Shown here: one piece after another, positions 27,201 through 36,800 of the stretch
How the letters are laid out: every line of letters starts with the position of its first letter
Position numbering within the stretch: the first letter of the stretch is position 1
Virus record (IMG/VR): IMGVR_UViG_3300032299_001035
Reading direction: 5' to 3' (one strand)
Origin: an uncultured virus (IMG/VR IMGVR_UViG_3300032299_001035)
Lineage: Duplodnaviria > Heunggongvirae > Uroviricota > Caudoviricetes
Length of the DNA stretch: 56,170 nt
The notes under the pieces: generated by a model
What the model was told of the DNA's origin: nothing
Databases searched by the model: none
What the model saw: only the letters and a program-made list of their open reading frames with translations
Translations under genes and position numbers: made by a program

Positions 27201-28478
27201 GTAGCACCTACTTTAGTTAATCCTAAAATTGTAACACGTGGTGAATTACTTCCTGTTCCTTCAAAACAAACTGTAAATTTAACAAACTTAATACAACCAA
27301 GAACTTATCCTATAGATATATATGACAGAAAAGGTAATTTTATAAGACAAGAATTTATGGGTGATAGTGAAGGAGTTGTTGATCAAAATTATATAGGTGA
27401 ACATCATTATGCACCAAGAGGAGGTAATAGTTATATAGATACAAATTATGCTGAAGGCGGTGGTATTCCAGAAAGATATAGAAACATGGGCTTTACTAGT
27501 GTAGGTGCTAAAAGACAAAGTACAAGACCCGGTAAAAAATGGATGGTGTTGGCTAAAAAAGGTGATGATTATAAAGTAGTACATGGTGGATATAAAGGTA
27601 TGCAAGATTTTAAACAACATCATTCTGAACAAAGAAAAGAAAACTTCTGGAGTAGAATGGGTGGTAGAAATAGTTCTAAAGCAACTGATCCATTTAGTCC
27701 TTTATATTGGCATAAAAGATTTGGTACATGGGAACAAGGAGGTCAAATACCAATGGCTCAAGATGGTGTAATTGTAAAAAAATATATACAACAAACACCT
27801 TATCCTAATTATATTCCTGAAGGTAATATATACCAAATGCCTGTAATGGATAATTTAATTTATGAAAAACCTGTTTATACTAAACCTATAATTATAAAAA
27901 ATAATAAATCTTCAGATAAACCTCAAGTTACAAATAATTCTGATAATTATACTAAAGCTAGTAAATATTTATCTAGAGATGTATTAAAAGGAGCAACTTT
28001 AAAAGCAAGTGATATTGCAAATGCAATTGAAAAATTTAAAAAGAAAACAGGTTATAATTATCCTTTAGATTTATTATTAACTCAAGCACAACAAGAAACT
28101 CATTTTGGTAGAGAACTTAAAAGTAAACATAATTATTTTAATGTAGGAAATGATGATGATGGAAATGTAATAAATTTTGCATCCCCAGAAGAATCTCTTT
28201 TAAATTATATGGATCTTGTATATAATGATTATTTACAAAAAGGTAAAAAAGATTATCATGATCTTCTTGTTGATAAAGCTTATGTAAACTATGCAGGAAA
28301 AAGATATGCTAAAGATCCATTATATGAAAAAAAACTTAGAGATCAATCACAATTTATTAATAGATTTTTAAATAAAAATAAAAAAGGTGGTCAATATATG
28401 GCAATAGGTGGTCAAAATATGATGAATCCTGTTGTTAAAAAAGACAACAGAAATTGGTTAGAGTATCTTAAAAATTAG
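24282..28478 (+). CDS. Modular virion cargo protein 2 with C-terminal GH73 glucosaminidase-like domain
   Basis: 1398 aa with about 14 xxGG motifs. TQAQQETHFG...HNYFNVG...YAKDPLYEKKL matches the glucosaminidase pattern. Confidence 0.65.
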   Translation: MKIRNKKTGEIREVSVNELNQYGLGGQNNKLVKYQKKGEVKRSYNVLTRENIPGDALTSTVKREIVAAYPHYKNMETGFLKGVAYVSPDYKSQEDRELLFKRHRPVAYPSISGAISDYFKDKSNKLFNTSMQQPFKDKEGDYEASEEAWRMTLGLPVKTKYIIPSKYRPLNETNKASKYYTLREDMYNKDLLRKKIQELNLKPGQSAFLPSFAPFVNESYMNQKEFSDVDPLQNFKIGVNKNGKMYFYDKYDFDFEPLSKVTRPYEYEFYNEFKSGGQHGGLDRWFAEKWVDIKTGKPCGRQEGEDRNYPACRPSKRISSATPKTASELSSSEKQKFKQEKTSSQRISYNHKRMEYGGENINNMNYMKSGGNVPTNPELWSRAKSAARSKYDVYPSAYANGFAAKWYKSHGGGWRKAAYGMEVMGNGGVPNNPGFNALPEYVQQNIINNMATGGQKMPPELAYARFAAAGNLDQLNNYGYEQGGSVTLNTGGENHRIYVKTTNRGEGAKGHIMVNHPTMDKGMWDTIDLTEKSGATTIAQGVAATKKWHKENPYKKQEGGGITLPNDFNKFQQFNKTLPENLRDDNFKYGDYSHYDLYGMWDAAGKPNSFDDVKDSENFRLQEDGTYHGFSVGNDGVWLKPKSHPSAFMEYMQGQLNPDPYFLHNHVIQKEDGRLQYVPNNYITKQSLEQKNETDIPQNINPKFMYSAPPSVFANGGDVPMYGPGGQNLPTASDSLALYNNTRELKKFYNNPSKGYKVAYNTPIDKNYFPTQFKNNINTFTKFYNQDKLHDSELLKNSPKVFINNYLKAGYSPSEIQQAVYNLKNDKSGVYNDGNTFKVRDNISTAINWLAPYNIVDRRITPKREVYYSSRTDPGAATTLYEYDEIAVKPAAMKTAADWAYMKKTYGTKPPVKNSNTVNRQITTTAKPPVRQTVNTTQGKVTGVVKPNQIKGSQLVMMMDPVRTKDNLERLEMVAPTLVNPKIVTRGELLPVPSKQTVNLTNLIQPRTYPIDIYDRKGNFIRQEFMGDSEGVVDQNYIGEHHYAPRGGNSYIDTNYAEGGGIPERYRNMGFTSVGAKRQSTRPGKKWMVLAKKGDDYKVVHGGYKGMQDFKQHHSEQRKENFWSRMGGRNSSKATDPFSPLYWHKRFGTWEQGGQIPMAQDGVIVKKYIQQTPYPNYIPEGNIYQMPVMDNLIYEKPVYTKPIIIKNNKSSDKPQVTNNSDNYTKASKYLSRDVLKGATLKASDIANAIEKFKKKTGYNYPLDLLLTQAQQETHFGRELKSKHNYFNVGNDDDGNVINFASPEESLLNYMDLVYNDYLQKGKKDYHDLLVDKAYVNYAGKRYAKDPLYEKKLRDQSQFINRFLNKNKKGGQYMAIGGQNMMNPVVKKDNRNWLEYLKN

Positions 28479-28555
28479 GAATACTCAATAAAATTAAGTA
28501 AATTAATAATATAGAGTTTAGAAATAAAAAATCTAAATATTTAAAGTTTAAAAAA

Positions 28556-31500
28556 ATGACAAAACAAGATATATTAAATAAAACAGGTTTATCAGAAGAA
28601 GAATTTTATCAAAGATTTCCTGATCAAGAAACTTTTTGTTCTGAATATCCTGACTTATGTCCTGAAATGATGGATGATGATGAATATATATCTGATGAAT
28701 ATGATGTTGAATCTGATGATGATGATTCATTATATGAAGCTCAAGATGGTGTTCAAACTACTGCGCCATATACAGATTATAATCAGTATAAAAATGCTAT
28801 GCAAACTTATGCTACTGAAGCTGTTAAAGCAAATACATATAATAATTTTCAAAATGATTTATATAGTCAATCTGGAAAACAAAGAGGTTTTTCTGAAAAT
28901 CCTAGACAAATGGGAGATATGTTTAATACTTTGTCACCTGAACAACAAGATGCTATGGTTGCAAAGTACAAAGCAGAATTTGTACCAGCTGGTACACCAA
29001 GTGCTAATAGAAGAAATTATATAAATAGTATGGTAATGAATATTCCTGGTAAAGGAATGGGTTATTATTCATTTCCTACAAATGATGTTGTATATGGAAG
29101 TAAAGTATTAGAAAGACCTAAATATGATTTTCCTAGAATGAATGTAGCACAGTATCAAATGCCTAATACCCCACCTGCAAATTTTCAAGGTAAGCCAATT
29201 AATTATCAACCTGGAACTGCTAATATTAATTTTGGAAATACTCCCCCTCAACCTAAAAAGTTTTCTCCTGAACCTACACAATTAATTAATAGTATAAGTG
29301 CTGGTTATAAAGATCCTGCAAGTTTTAATAAAAATAATGGTAATTTACCTATTCCTAAGTATTCAATGAGTAATACAATGGAAAAAGTAGGTGCTACAAA
29401 TAAACCTTTTGTAACATCTACCCCAAATTATAAAAGTATTGTTGATTTACTTAAAGCTAGAAAACAAGATTCATCTTTTTCAAATAGAAAAAAATTGGCT
29501 GAAGAAAGAGGTATAAAGAATTATACAGGTACTGCTAGTCAAAACATGGAGCTTATTAACAATATAGATAATTTTAACCCATATGATTCAGGAATGGAAT
29601 TAGGTGGTGTAAATATTCATCCTGCTATAAGAACTAACTTTAAACAAGGTGGTTATTATGGAATGGATGGTAAATTACATAAAGCAAAAGGAACTGGTAC
29701 ATATGTAATGAATGGTGGTTATTATTTTGATGAAGGTGGTGCTAGTACTACACCTCCTGTTGCAAGTCCTGATACACCTCCAGGTGCAGTAGGTGCTCCT
29801 ATTGCTGTTCCACCGTCTTCTCTTATAGATAGTAATATGCCTAATGAAGATGGTACATTTAATGTTAATAATGATTATAATTATTATGGTGGTTATGATG
29901 GAACTGAAGATGATGGTGGTTTTCAAACACAAAATGAAAGAGCATTAAAAAGACAAGCAAGAAGACAAGAAAGAAGAAATGCACCATATGAAATGAATGA
30001 CTTAGGTGGGTTAGATTTTGAATATGAAGAAGAACAACAAGAAGAACCTGTAGTTGACCCTTATGATGCATCCCAATATTCTAGTGGAATTGATCCTGCT
30101 ACAGGATTTACTACATGGTCAAAAGGTAATCAACAACTTACTAATATTAAAAAACAAGACCCTGCTTTATGGAATAATCTTAAAGAACAAGGAAAAGGTG
30201 CAAGATTTAGAACAGGTCAAACTACTATACAAAAAATTGGTAGAGGTGCTGGTAGACTTGCAAATAATTTAGAAATGGGTGTTAATATAGCAGGGGCAGT
30301 TGGAAATATTTTAAATAATAAAATTGAACAAAGAAATTTAAATAATGCTGCTATTAACAAAGGTAGTACAGCATCTATGTATACAAATCCACAAGGTGCT
30401 GGTAAAGGTGATTATGGTAAAACAGGTTCTAGTTACGGTATGTTAAATCCTGCTTCTGTAGGTGAACGTTCATTTAAAGGAATGTATGGTAAATATGGTA
30501 TGCAAGTTCCTATGTATAATGTTGGTGGTTTTGTACCTCAATTTTCTACATTAGCAGATGTTGGTTTAGAACCAATGGCTAATATTAATGATGTAAATGA
30601 TAGAACTAGTTATATATCACAAATTTCAACAAATCCTTTTTTAACACAACCCTTAGTTGTATCTCCTAAAGATAATTTAAATGTATATCAAGACAATCAA
30701 AATGTTAAATATGATTTTAGCAAACCTTTAGGTAAAGGTTTAGATGTATCTGGAGATCCAAAGCTTATGAAAGAATTATTTACATATGCTCAAAATCAAT
30801 ATGGAACACCAGATAAAAAAAGAATAAATGGTATTAATGAAATGGCTTGGAATCCAATGGGTGTATATAATGAAGGTAATTATAATCCAAAAGGAAAATG
30901 GAAAGGACATGATGGACATATTCATTTTGGTTTTGAAAATCCTGATGTAGCAATTGATATTATAAAAAAAGCACAATCTTTAGGATTAAGAGCATCTGAA
31001 AATCCATATTTAGGTAAAGTTAATCCAGTACATACTAAAGGTAGTTTTCATTATGGTAATTTTAATGCAAATGATTATAAACCTACATCTCAACCTAAAA
31101 ATTATAATACACCTACTTTTAATAATAAAGGTTCTGATGTATCTACAAAACTTAATAATCCTGGCAATATATTATATACTCCAGCATTTGAAAATTTTGG
31201 TGCTGTAAAATCTACAATAAATGCTACAGATAGTGGTAAACCATTTGCTGCATTTCCTTCAATAGAAATGGGATTAAAAGCACGTGAAGCTCAACTTTTT
31301 GGTGAAGTAGATGGAACATTTTCAAGCAAGTATTATAAACCAAATACTGATATTGATAAAGCATTAAAAAAATGGAGTAATGGAAGTTATGGTGTAGAAA
31401 TATATCCAGAACTTAAAGGTAAAAAATTATCAGAAATTACACCTGCTCAAAGAAAAGAATTACAAAAAAGACAGATTAAAAGAGAATCTGGTAAAATGTA

Positions 31501-31627
31501 TAAAATTCTTCAACAAGATGGATATTTTAAAAAAGGTGGTCAATTTGGTGGTCAAGTTGTAGAAATGGATGAAGATGAAATTAAACAATTTTTAAAAGCT
31601 GGTGGTCAGTTAGAATTTTTAGATTAA
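28556..31627 (+). CDS. Modular virion cargo protein 3 (DUF3597-like, M15-like and NNPGNI lysozyme-like domains)
   Basis: 1023 aa. Contains SIVDLLK..DSSFSNRKKLA..GI.NYTGTASQN, HDGHIHF, SFHYG and NNPGNI...FPSIEMG...RESG. Confidence 0.6.
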   Translation: MTKQDILNKTGLSEEEFYQRFPDQETFCSEYPDLCPEMMDDDEYISDEYDVESDDDDSLYEAQDGVQTTAPYTDYNQYKNAMQTYATEAVKANTYNNFQNDLYSQSGKQRGFSENPRQMGDMFNTLSPEQQDAMVAKYKAEFVPAGTPSANRRNYINSMVMNIPGKGMGYYSFPTNDVVYGSKVLERPKYDFPRMNVAQYQMPNTPPANFQGKPINYQPGTANINFGNTPPQPKKFSPEPTQLINSISAGYKDPASFNKNNGNLPIPKYSMSNTMEKVGATNKPFVTSTPNYKSIVDLLKARKQDSSFSNRKKLAEERGIKNYTGTASQNMELINNIDNFNPYDSGMELGGVNIHPAIRTNFKQGGYYGMDGKLHKAKGTGTYVMNGGYYFDEGGASTTPPVASPDTPPGAVGAPIAVPPSSLIDSNMPNEDGTFNVNNDYNYYGGYDGTEDDGGFQTQNERALKRQARRQERRNAPYEMNDLGGLDFEYEEEQQEEPVVDPYDASQYSSGIDPATGFTTWSKGNQQLTNIKKQDPALWNNLKEQGKGARFRTGQTTIQKIGRGAGRLANNLEMGVNIAGAVGNILNNKIEQRNLNNAAINKGSTASMYTNPQGAGKGDYGKTGSSYGMLNPASVGERSFKGMYGKYGMQVPMYNVGGFVPQFSTLADVGLEPMANINDVNDRTSYISQISTNPFLTQPLVVSPKDNLNVYQDNQNVKYDFSKPLGKGLDVSGDPKLMKELFTYAQNQYGTPDKKRINGINEMAWNPMGVYNEGNYNPKGKWKGHDGHIHFGFENPDVAIDIIKKAQSLGLRASENPYLGKVNPVHTKGSFHYGNFNANDYKPTSQPKNYNTPTFNNKGSDVSTKLNNPGNILYTPAFENFGAVKSTINATDSGKPFAAFPSIEMGLKAREAQLFGEVDGTFSSKYYKPNTDIDKALKKWSNGSYGVEIYPELKGKKLSEITPAQRKELQKRQIKRESGKMYKILQQDGYFKKGGQFGGQVVEMDEDEIKQFLKAGGQLEFLD

Positions 31628-31637
31628 ATTTGCAATA

Positions 31638-33800
31638 ATGAAATACAAAGTAAAAATATTAAAACAACCTAAATATCAAAATGGTGGTGATATGCAACAA
31701 GAATCTGATGCACAAAGTCAAGTTATTCAAATTATAAAAGCATATGCTGAAGCTAATGATATGGATCCTCAAGAACTTGTTGCTAAACTTAAATCTTTAG
31801 GTGAAAAAGAACAACAACAAGCTATTGCTCAAATGTATCAAGCATTGCAACAAGGTGGTGGTAATCAACAAGAAGAAGATTATGCACAAGAACAAATGCA
31901 ACCTAGTATGCAACAACAAATGGGTTATGGAGAAGAAGGTGATGAAGAATCTGATGATATGGAAATGGCAGCATATGGTGGACAAATGGGTTATGGTTTA
32001 GATCTTGGTTCTAGAAGATTATGGATGAATCAAGATAATGATGAACAATCTACTGTTCATAGAAGTATTAAAGAAGTACCTAGAAATGTAGCTAACATTG
32101 AAGCAGAAGGAGGTGAAACTGCTTTAATACCAAGTGGAAATGATAATACATATTCTCATTTTAATATACAAGGTAAAAGACATACTAATGGAGGGGTACC
32201 TTTAAATGTACCTGAAGGAACTTTTATTTATTCAGATACTAAAAAAATGAAATTAGGTGGTTCTGTATTAAAAGTATTTGGTAAGTCTGATAAAACATCT
32301 AAAAAATATACACCTGCTGCTTTAGCTAAACAATATGATTTAAATAAATATACTGCTATATTAGAAAATCCTAATTCAAGTAAACTTGAAAAAAGAACAG
32401 CAGAGTTAATGATACAAAATTATAATAAAAAATTAGCACAATTAGCTTTAGTACAAGAAGGTAAAAAAGGTTATCCTCAAGGTATACCAAAAGTAGCTGA
32501 AGAATATTATGCTAAAACTAAAGCATATGTACAAAGTCAACAAGCTAAAAATCAACCACAAGAAATGCAACAACAAAGTAATGAAGATGTTGAACAAGAT
32601 ATGGAACAACCTCAAGCTATGTATGGTATGGGCTTTAAATATGGTGGTGGTTTAAAAAGGTTTCAAAATGGTAATCAGTATATGCCTGAAGAAGATAATG
32701 ATTTACCTACACCTCCTTCTAATTTAGTAAATAATAATCAACCTTATGAATATGATAATTCTAATATTGTAGAAAATAATGAACCACAATTTGAAGGTTG
32801 GGGAGATTCAAGAGATTCTAAAACACCTAACAGTTTTAATTATTTAGGACCAAGTTTAACTTCAAATAAACTTTCTACTAATTATAGATTAGGAATGCAA
32901 GATACACCAAATTATAATGATCCTACTTTATCTGGAATTCCTTTAGGTATGCAAAAAGATAAAAATTATTTTGATCCAAATTTATTAAAAATAAATTACG
33001 AACCTGAAAAATTAAATTTTTATAAAAAAGAAGAGGATAAAGAAGAAGATTACAATAATTATAAAAGAGGAATAAAATATGGTTGGACAAATCCTGATAA
33101 ATTAAATCTTTTAAATTCATTTATAAACTTAGCTGGTGTAAGAAGATCTACACCTTTTGAACCTACTGTTAAATTTGAAAGACCTGAAACAAGATATTAT
33201 GATCCAGCTAGAGAATTAGCAGCAAATACTGAACAATATAATGCAGCAAGACAAGCAGCAGCAATGTTTGCAGGCCCACAATCTAGATATAGTCTTAATG
33301 CAGGACAATTCGGTAAAAATGCAGCAGATATTATTGCAAAAACATCTAATCAAAATGTTCAATTAGGAAATATAGCAGCTAACCAAGCAGCTGATATTAC
33401 TAATAAACAAATAGCATATGATGCACAACGTGTTAAACGTTTGTATGATGCAGGTGTAATTGGTAAACAACAATATGAAAATGCAATGAGACAAGCAAGA
33501 ACAGGTGTACTTCAAGCATATACTCAAGGTATGAAAAATGCAGCTGATATATATAATATGAGTATGTCACAAAGTCCTTACTATGCATTTAATCCTTCAA
33601 ATCAAACTATGTATTTTAATAGTGGAAAGGCATTAAATAAATATTATAATCAAAGATCTGATAATACTGCATCAAATGCAAAAAAAATTAATGAACAATG
33701 GAAAACACTTGGGTTTGATAGTTTAAGTGATTATTTAAAAACTATGCAATATTTACAAGGTAATGCAACTGGTTCTGATGATAAATCTAAAACTGGATAA
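31638..33800 (+). CDS. Virion cargo/ejection protein 4
   Basis: 720 aa with a Gln-rich N-terminus. NIEAEGGE...GKRHTNGGVPL...IYSD resembles crAss cargo proteins; Ala/Gln helical C-terminus. Confidence 0.6.
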   Translation: MKYKVKILKQPKYQNGGDMQQESDAQSQVIQIIKAYAEANDMDPQELVAKLKSLGEKEQQQAIAQMYQALQQGGGNQQEEDYAQEQMQPSMQQQMGYGEEGDEESDDMEMAAYGGQMGYGLDLGSRRLWMNQDNDEQSTVHRSIKEVPRNVANIEAEGGETALIPSGNDNTYSHFNIQGKRHTNGGVPLNVPEGTFIYSDTKKMKLGGSVLKVFGKSDKTSKKYTPAALAKQYDLNKYTAILENPNSSKLEKRTAELMIQNYNKKLAQLALVQEGKKGYPQGIPKVAEEYYAKTKAYVQSQQAKNQPQEMQQQSNEDVEQDMEQPQAMYGMGFKYGGGLKRFQNGNQYMPEEDNDLPTPPSNLVNNNQPYEYDNSNIVENNEPQFEGWGDSRDSKTPNSFNYLGPSLTSNKLSTNYRLGMQDTPNYNDPTLSGIPLGMQKDKNYFDPNLLKINYEPEKLNFYKKEEDKEEDYNNYKRGIKYGWTNPDKLNLLNSFINLAGVRRSTPFEPTVKFERPETRYYDPARELAANTEQYNAARQAAAMFAGPQSRYSLNAGQFGKNAADIIAKTSNQNVQLGNIAANQAADITNKQIAYDAQRVKRLYDAGVIGKQQYENAMRQARTGVLQAYTQGMKNAADIYNMSMSQSPYYAFNPSNQTMYFNSGKALNKYYNQRSDNTASNAKKINEQWKTLGFDSLSDYLKTMQYLQGNATGSDDKSKTG

Positions 33801-33865
33801 ACTTATAATAGTTAGTTTTTTAGTTTTAACTTTTTAAAGTATATTTATATTAATATTAATAAATT

Positions 33866-36800
33866 ATGGCAACTTATTTACAAGGGGTAACTGACACTGG
33901 ATTTAATTCAGTAAATACTACACCTAATCTTCCATACATGATGAATGCTTTGCAAAAAGTAACAGCTAGGTATGAAAAAAATTATAATGAATTATCTAAT
34001 GAATATTCTAAAATTACAAATAGTTTATTATTAAATCCTGAAAATAATGAATTTAGAAATAAATTTTTAGATAATAGTAAGTCTGCATTAAAAACATTAT
34101 CTACACAAGATTTATCTATACAAAGTAATGTAGATCAAGCAGAACAAATTTTTTCACCTTTTTGGGAAGATAAAGATTTAATGGCTGATTATGTGACAAG
34201 TAATAACTATCAACAACAAGTTCAAAGACATAGTGCATTAAGAGATTCTGATAAAGAAGAAGATAGAAAACAAGCATGGGATATGGGCTTAGCTTATGTA
34301 AATTTAACTGCAAGTGAAATGGCTTTAGCTAAAAGAGGTGATGGTTCTATTCAAAATATAAAAGTAAGACCTTATGTTCCATATAAAGATGTTAGTGCTG
34401 AAATAAGCAAAGGATTAAAAGACATGGGTTATGGAGATGGTATTGTACAATCAACAGCAGGTAATGGATATATATTAACAGTTACTAATGGTAAAGGTAC
34501 TTCAGAAATATATTCTAATGCTATTAGAAAATTTTTAGATGGTAGACAAGATTTAAAAGAAATTTTTAAAGTACAAGGTGTTACAAATTTTCAATCAGAT
34601 GTATTTAATGTATTAAGCAAAGATCCTTCTTTATCAAGAGAAAAAGCAGAATTTTTAGTAAAACAAAATTTTGCTAATAAAAGAATTGAATTATATGAAA
34701 CAAACATTAAAATTGGAGATGAACAAATTAATGGTAATAAAGAATATAAAGGATTAATTAAAGATATTCAAGAAACTGAAGACCCTGTACTTAGAGATCT
34801 TTATGAGGGTAAAATTACAACAGATTCTGATAGTTATAAAGAATTAATAGAAAAAAAAGAAAAATTATCAGAATTATTAAATGTTAAAAGTTTATATGAA
34901 TCTAAAATAACTGCTTTAAAAAGTAATGATTACTACGGTACAAAAGGTGAAGATTATTTTACCAATATGTTCATGGAAAGTTTTATTGATGATAATGCAA
35001 AAACTAGAGAAGCTGCTGTTTCCAAAAAAATTACTTCAGATGCAAGTTATAGATCAGCAGTAGAATTAGATGCTCAACTAAAAATGTTTAATGCTAGAAT
35101 GGAATTAGCAGAACAAAAATTAGGTATAGCACAACAAAAAGCAAATGCAGAAAGTTCTACTGTAGATGGTACTGGTGGTTTAATAACAACAGATGCTAAT
35201 GGTAATATAATAATAGAAAGTAAAGATAAAAAAACAGGAAAAAAAGAAAAAACAAAAATTGAAGAATTAGATACACCTGTTGTAGGTGGATTTTATGGGC
35301 AAGCTAAAGATTTAGAAAAAAGTGCTTATTATAATTTACAAAGTACTAAAGAACAAAGTAAAGATGGTGCTGTATCAAATGCATCTATTTATTTAAATAA
35401 AAGTTCATTAATGACTAGTGGAGTGCCTAATATAAATAAATATATAGATTATTTAAATCATTATGCAACAGGAGGTAAACAAACAACTGGTGTTTTTATA
35501 GCAAGTGAAATTGATGCAGCATATAAAACATTAAAAGAAAAAGGAATAATAACTGTAGGTAGATATACAGATTCTCCAAATTTACAACTTAATCAATTAG
35601 TTGGTCATGTAGATGCTAATGGAGGAGCTACTGATGATGAAACAAAATTAGCTAGAATTAATTATGAATATTACAGTAAAGTATTTCAACAAATAGATGC
35701 TATTGATAAAGAATTTAATGAAGACTATAGAAAAAAAGCACCTAATCAAAGTTTAAATATTCATGTTGAAAAAAATAAAAATAATGAATATGAATTTATT
35801 ACAGCTGAAAAATTATCTAAAGATTATCCTCAACTTAATGAAAAAAATCAAAAATTTAATCTTCCTCTTAATTTAATGCAACAATATATAGATGGAACGT
35901 TATCTTATGAAAAAGAACCAGTATATAAATATAATACGTATGCTGGTGAAAATAGATCAGGTAGGTATCTTGTTGGTACTAATTATTATATTACAGATCC
36001 TAGTACAGGAAAAAGATTGCATACTATTACAAAAATGATTAATAAGTATGGTACACCAGAAGAGGTTGCTGCTAAAAGAAAAGAATATGAAAATGAACAA
36101 AATAAAGCATATAATCAATTTGCAAAATCTAAAGGTAGTTTAAATAATGATGATTGGGTTATGAGTAGACAATTAAAATTCCGTAATGACCCAGAAGATA
36201 AAACTGAAGATAAAGCAGCTCAAATTGCATATGATGCTGTTGAGGAATATAAAGGAAATGTTATAAAAGGTTCTGGTGGTATTATTAAACCTACAAATTA
36301 TGATTCATTAATAAAAGGTACATCTGAAAAGGCAGTTAAAAAATTAATTGATAATTTATTAAGTAATCAAAATACATTAAGTAGTGTTTTAGCAAATTCA
36401 TATTTAAGTTATCAAGGTGAAACTAAAGATTTTTCAAATGTAAAATTAGAATTTGATGATAAAAAATTATTAGAATTTGCAAAAAATTTAAATCCATCAT
36501 CTAAAACAGATATATCTGAATTTGCTATGGCGGCTAATAATATTTTAATTAACGGTTTAACTTTTAATGTTAGTAAAAATTTATTTAAAAGATATGCTCA
36601 AGATAATTATATGACTACACTTGTAACTGATAAAATGTTATCTAAAACATTAAAAGCTTCAGATTATGAAAGAAATACATTACATTTTGATTATACTATA
36701 TCATTGGGTTCAAGAAATCAAATTTCTGTAAAATATAAAACACAAAAATATAATGTACTTAGAAAAGCTTATGAAGATACTGAAGAATTATATGAAACAT

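Noticed and set aside
28476..28556. Stop-codon reassignment (TAG or TGA), as found in some crAss-like phages
   Set aside because: The genes are full length in code 11. The one TAG stop (28476-28478), if read through, meets TAA about 20 codons later, and the next gene is in another frame.
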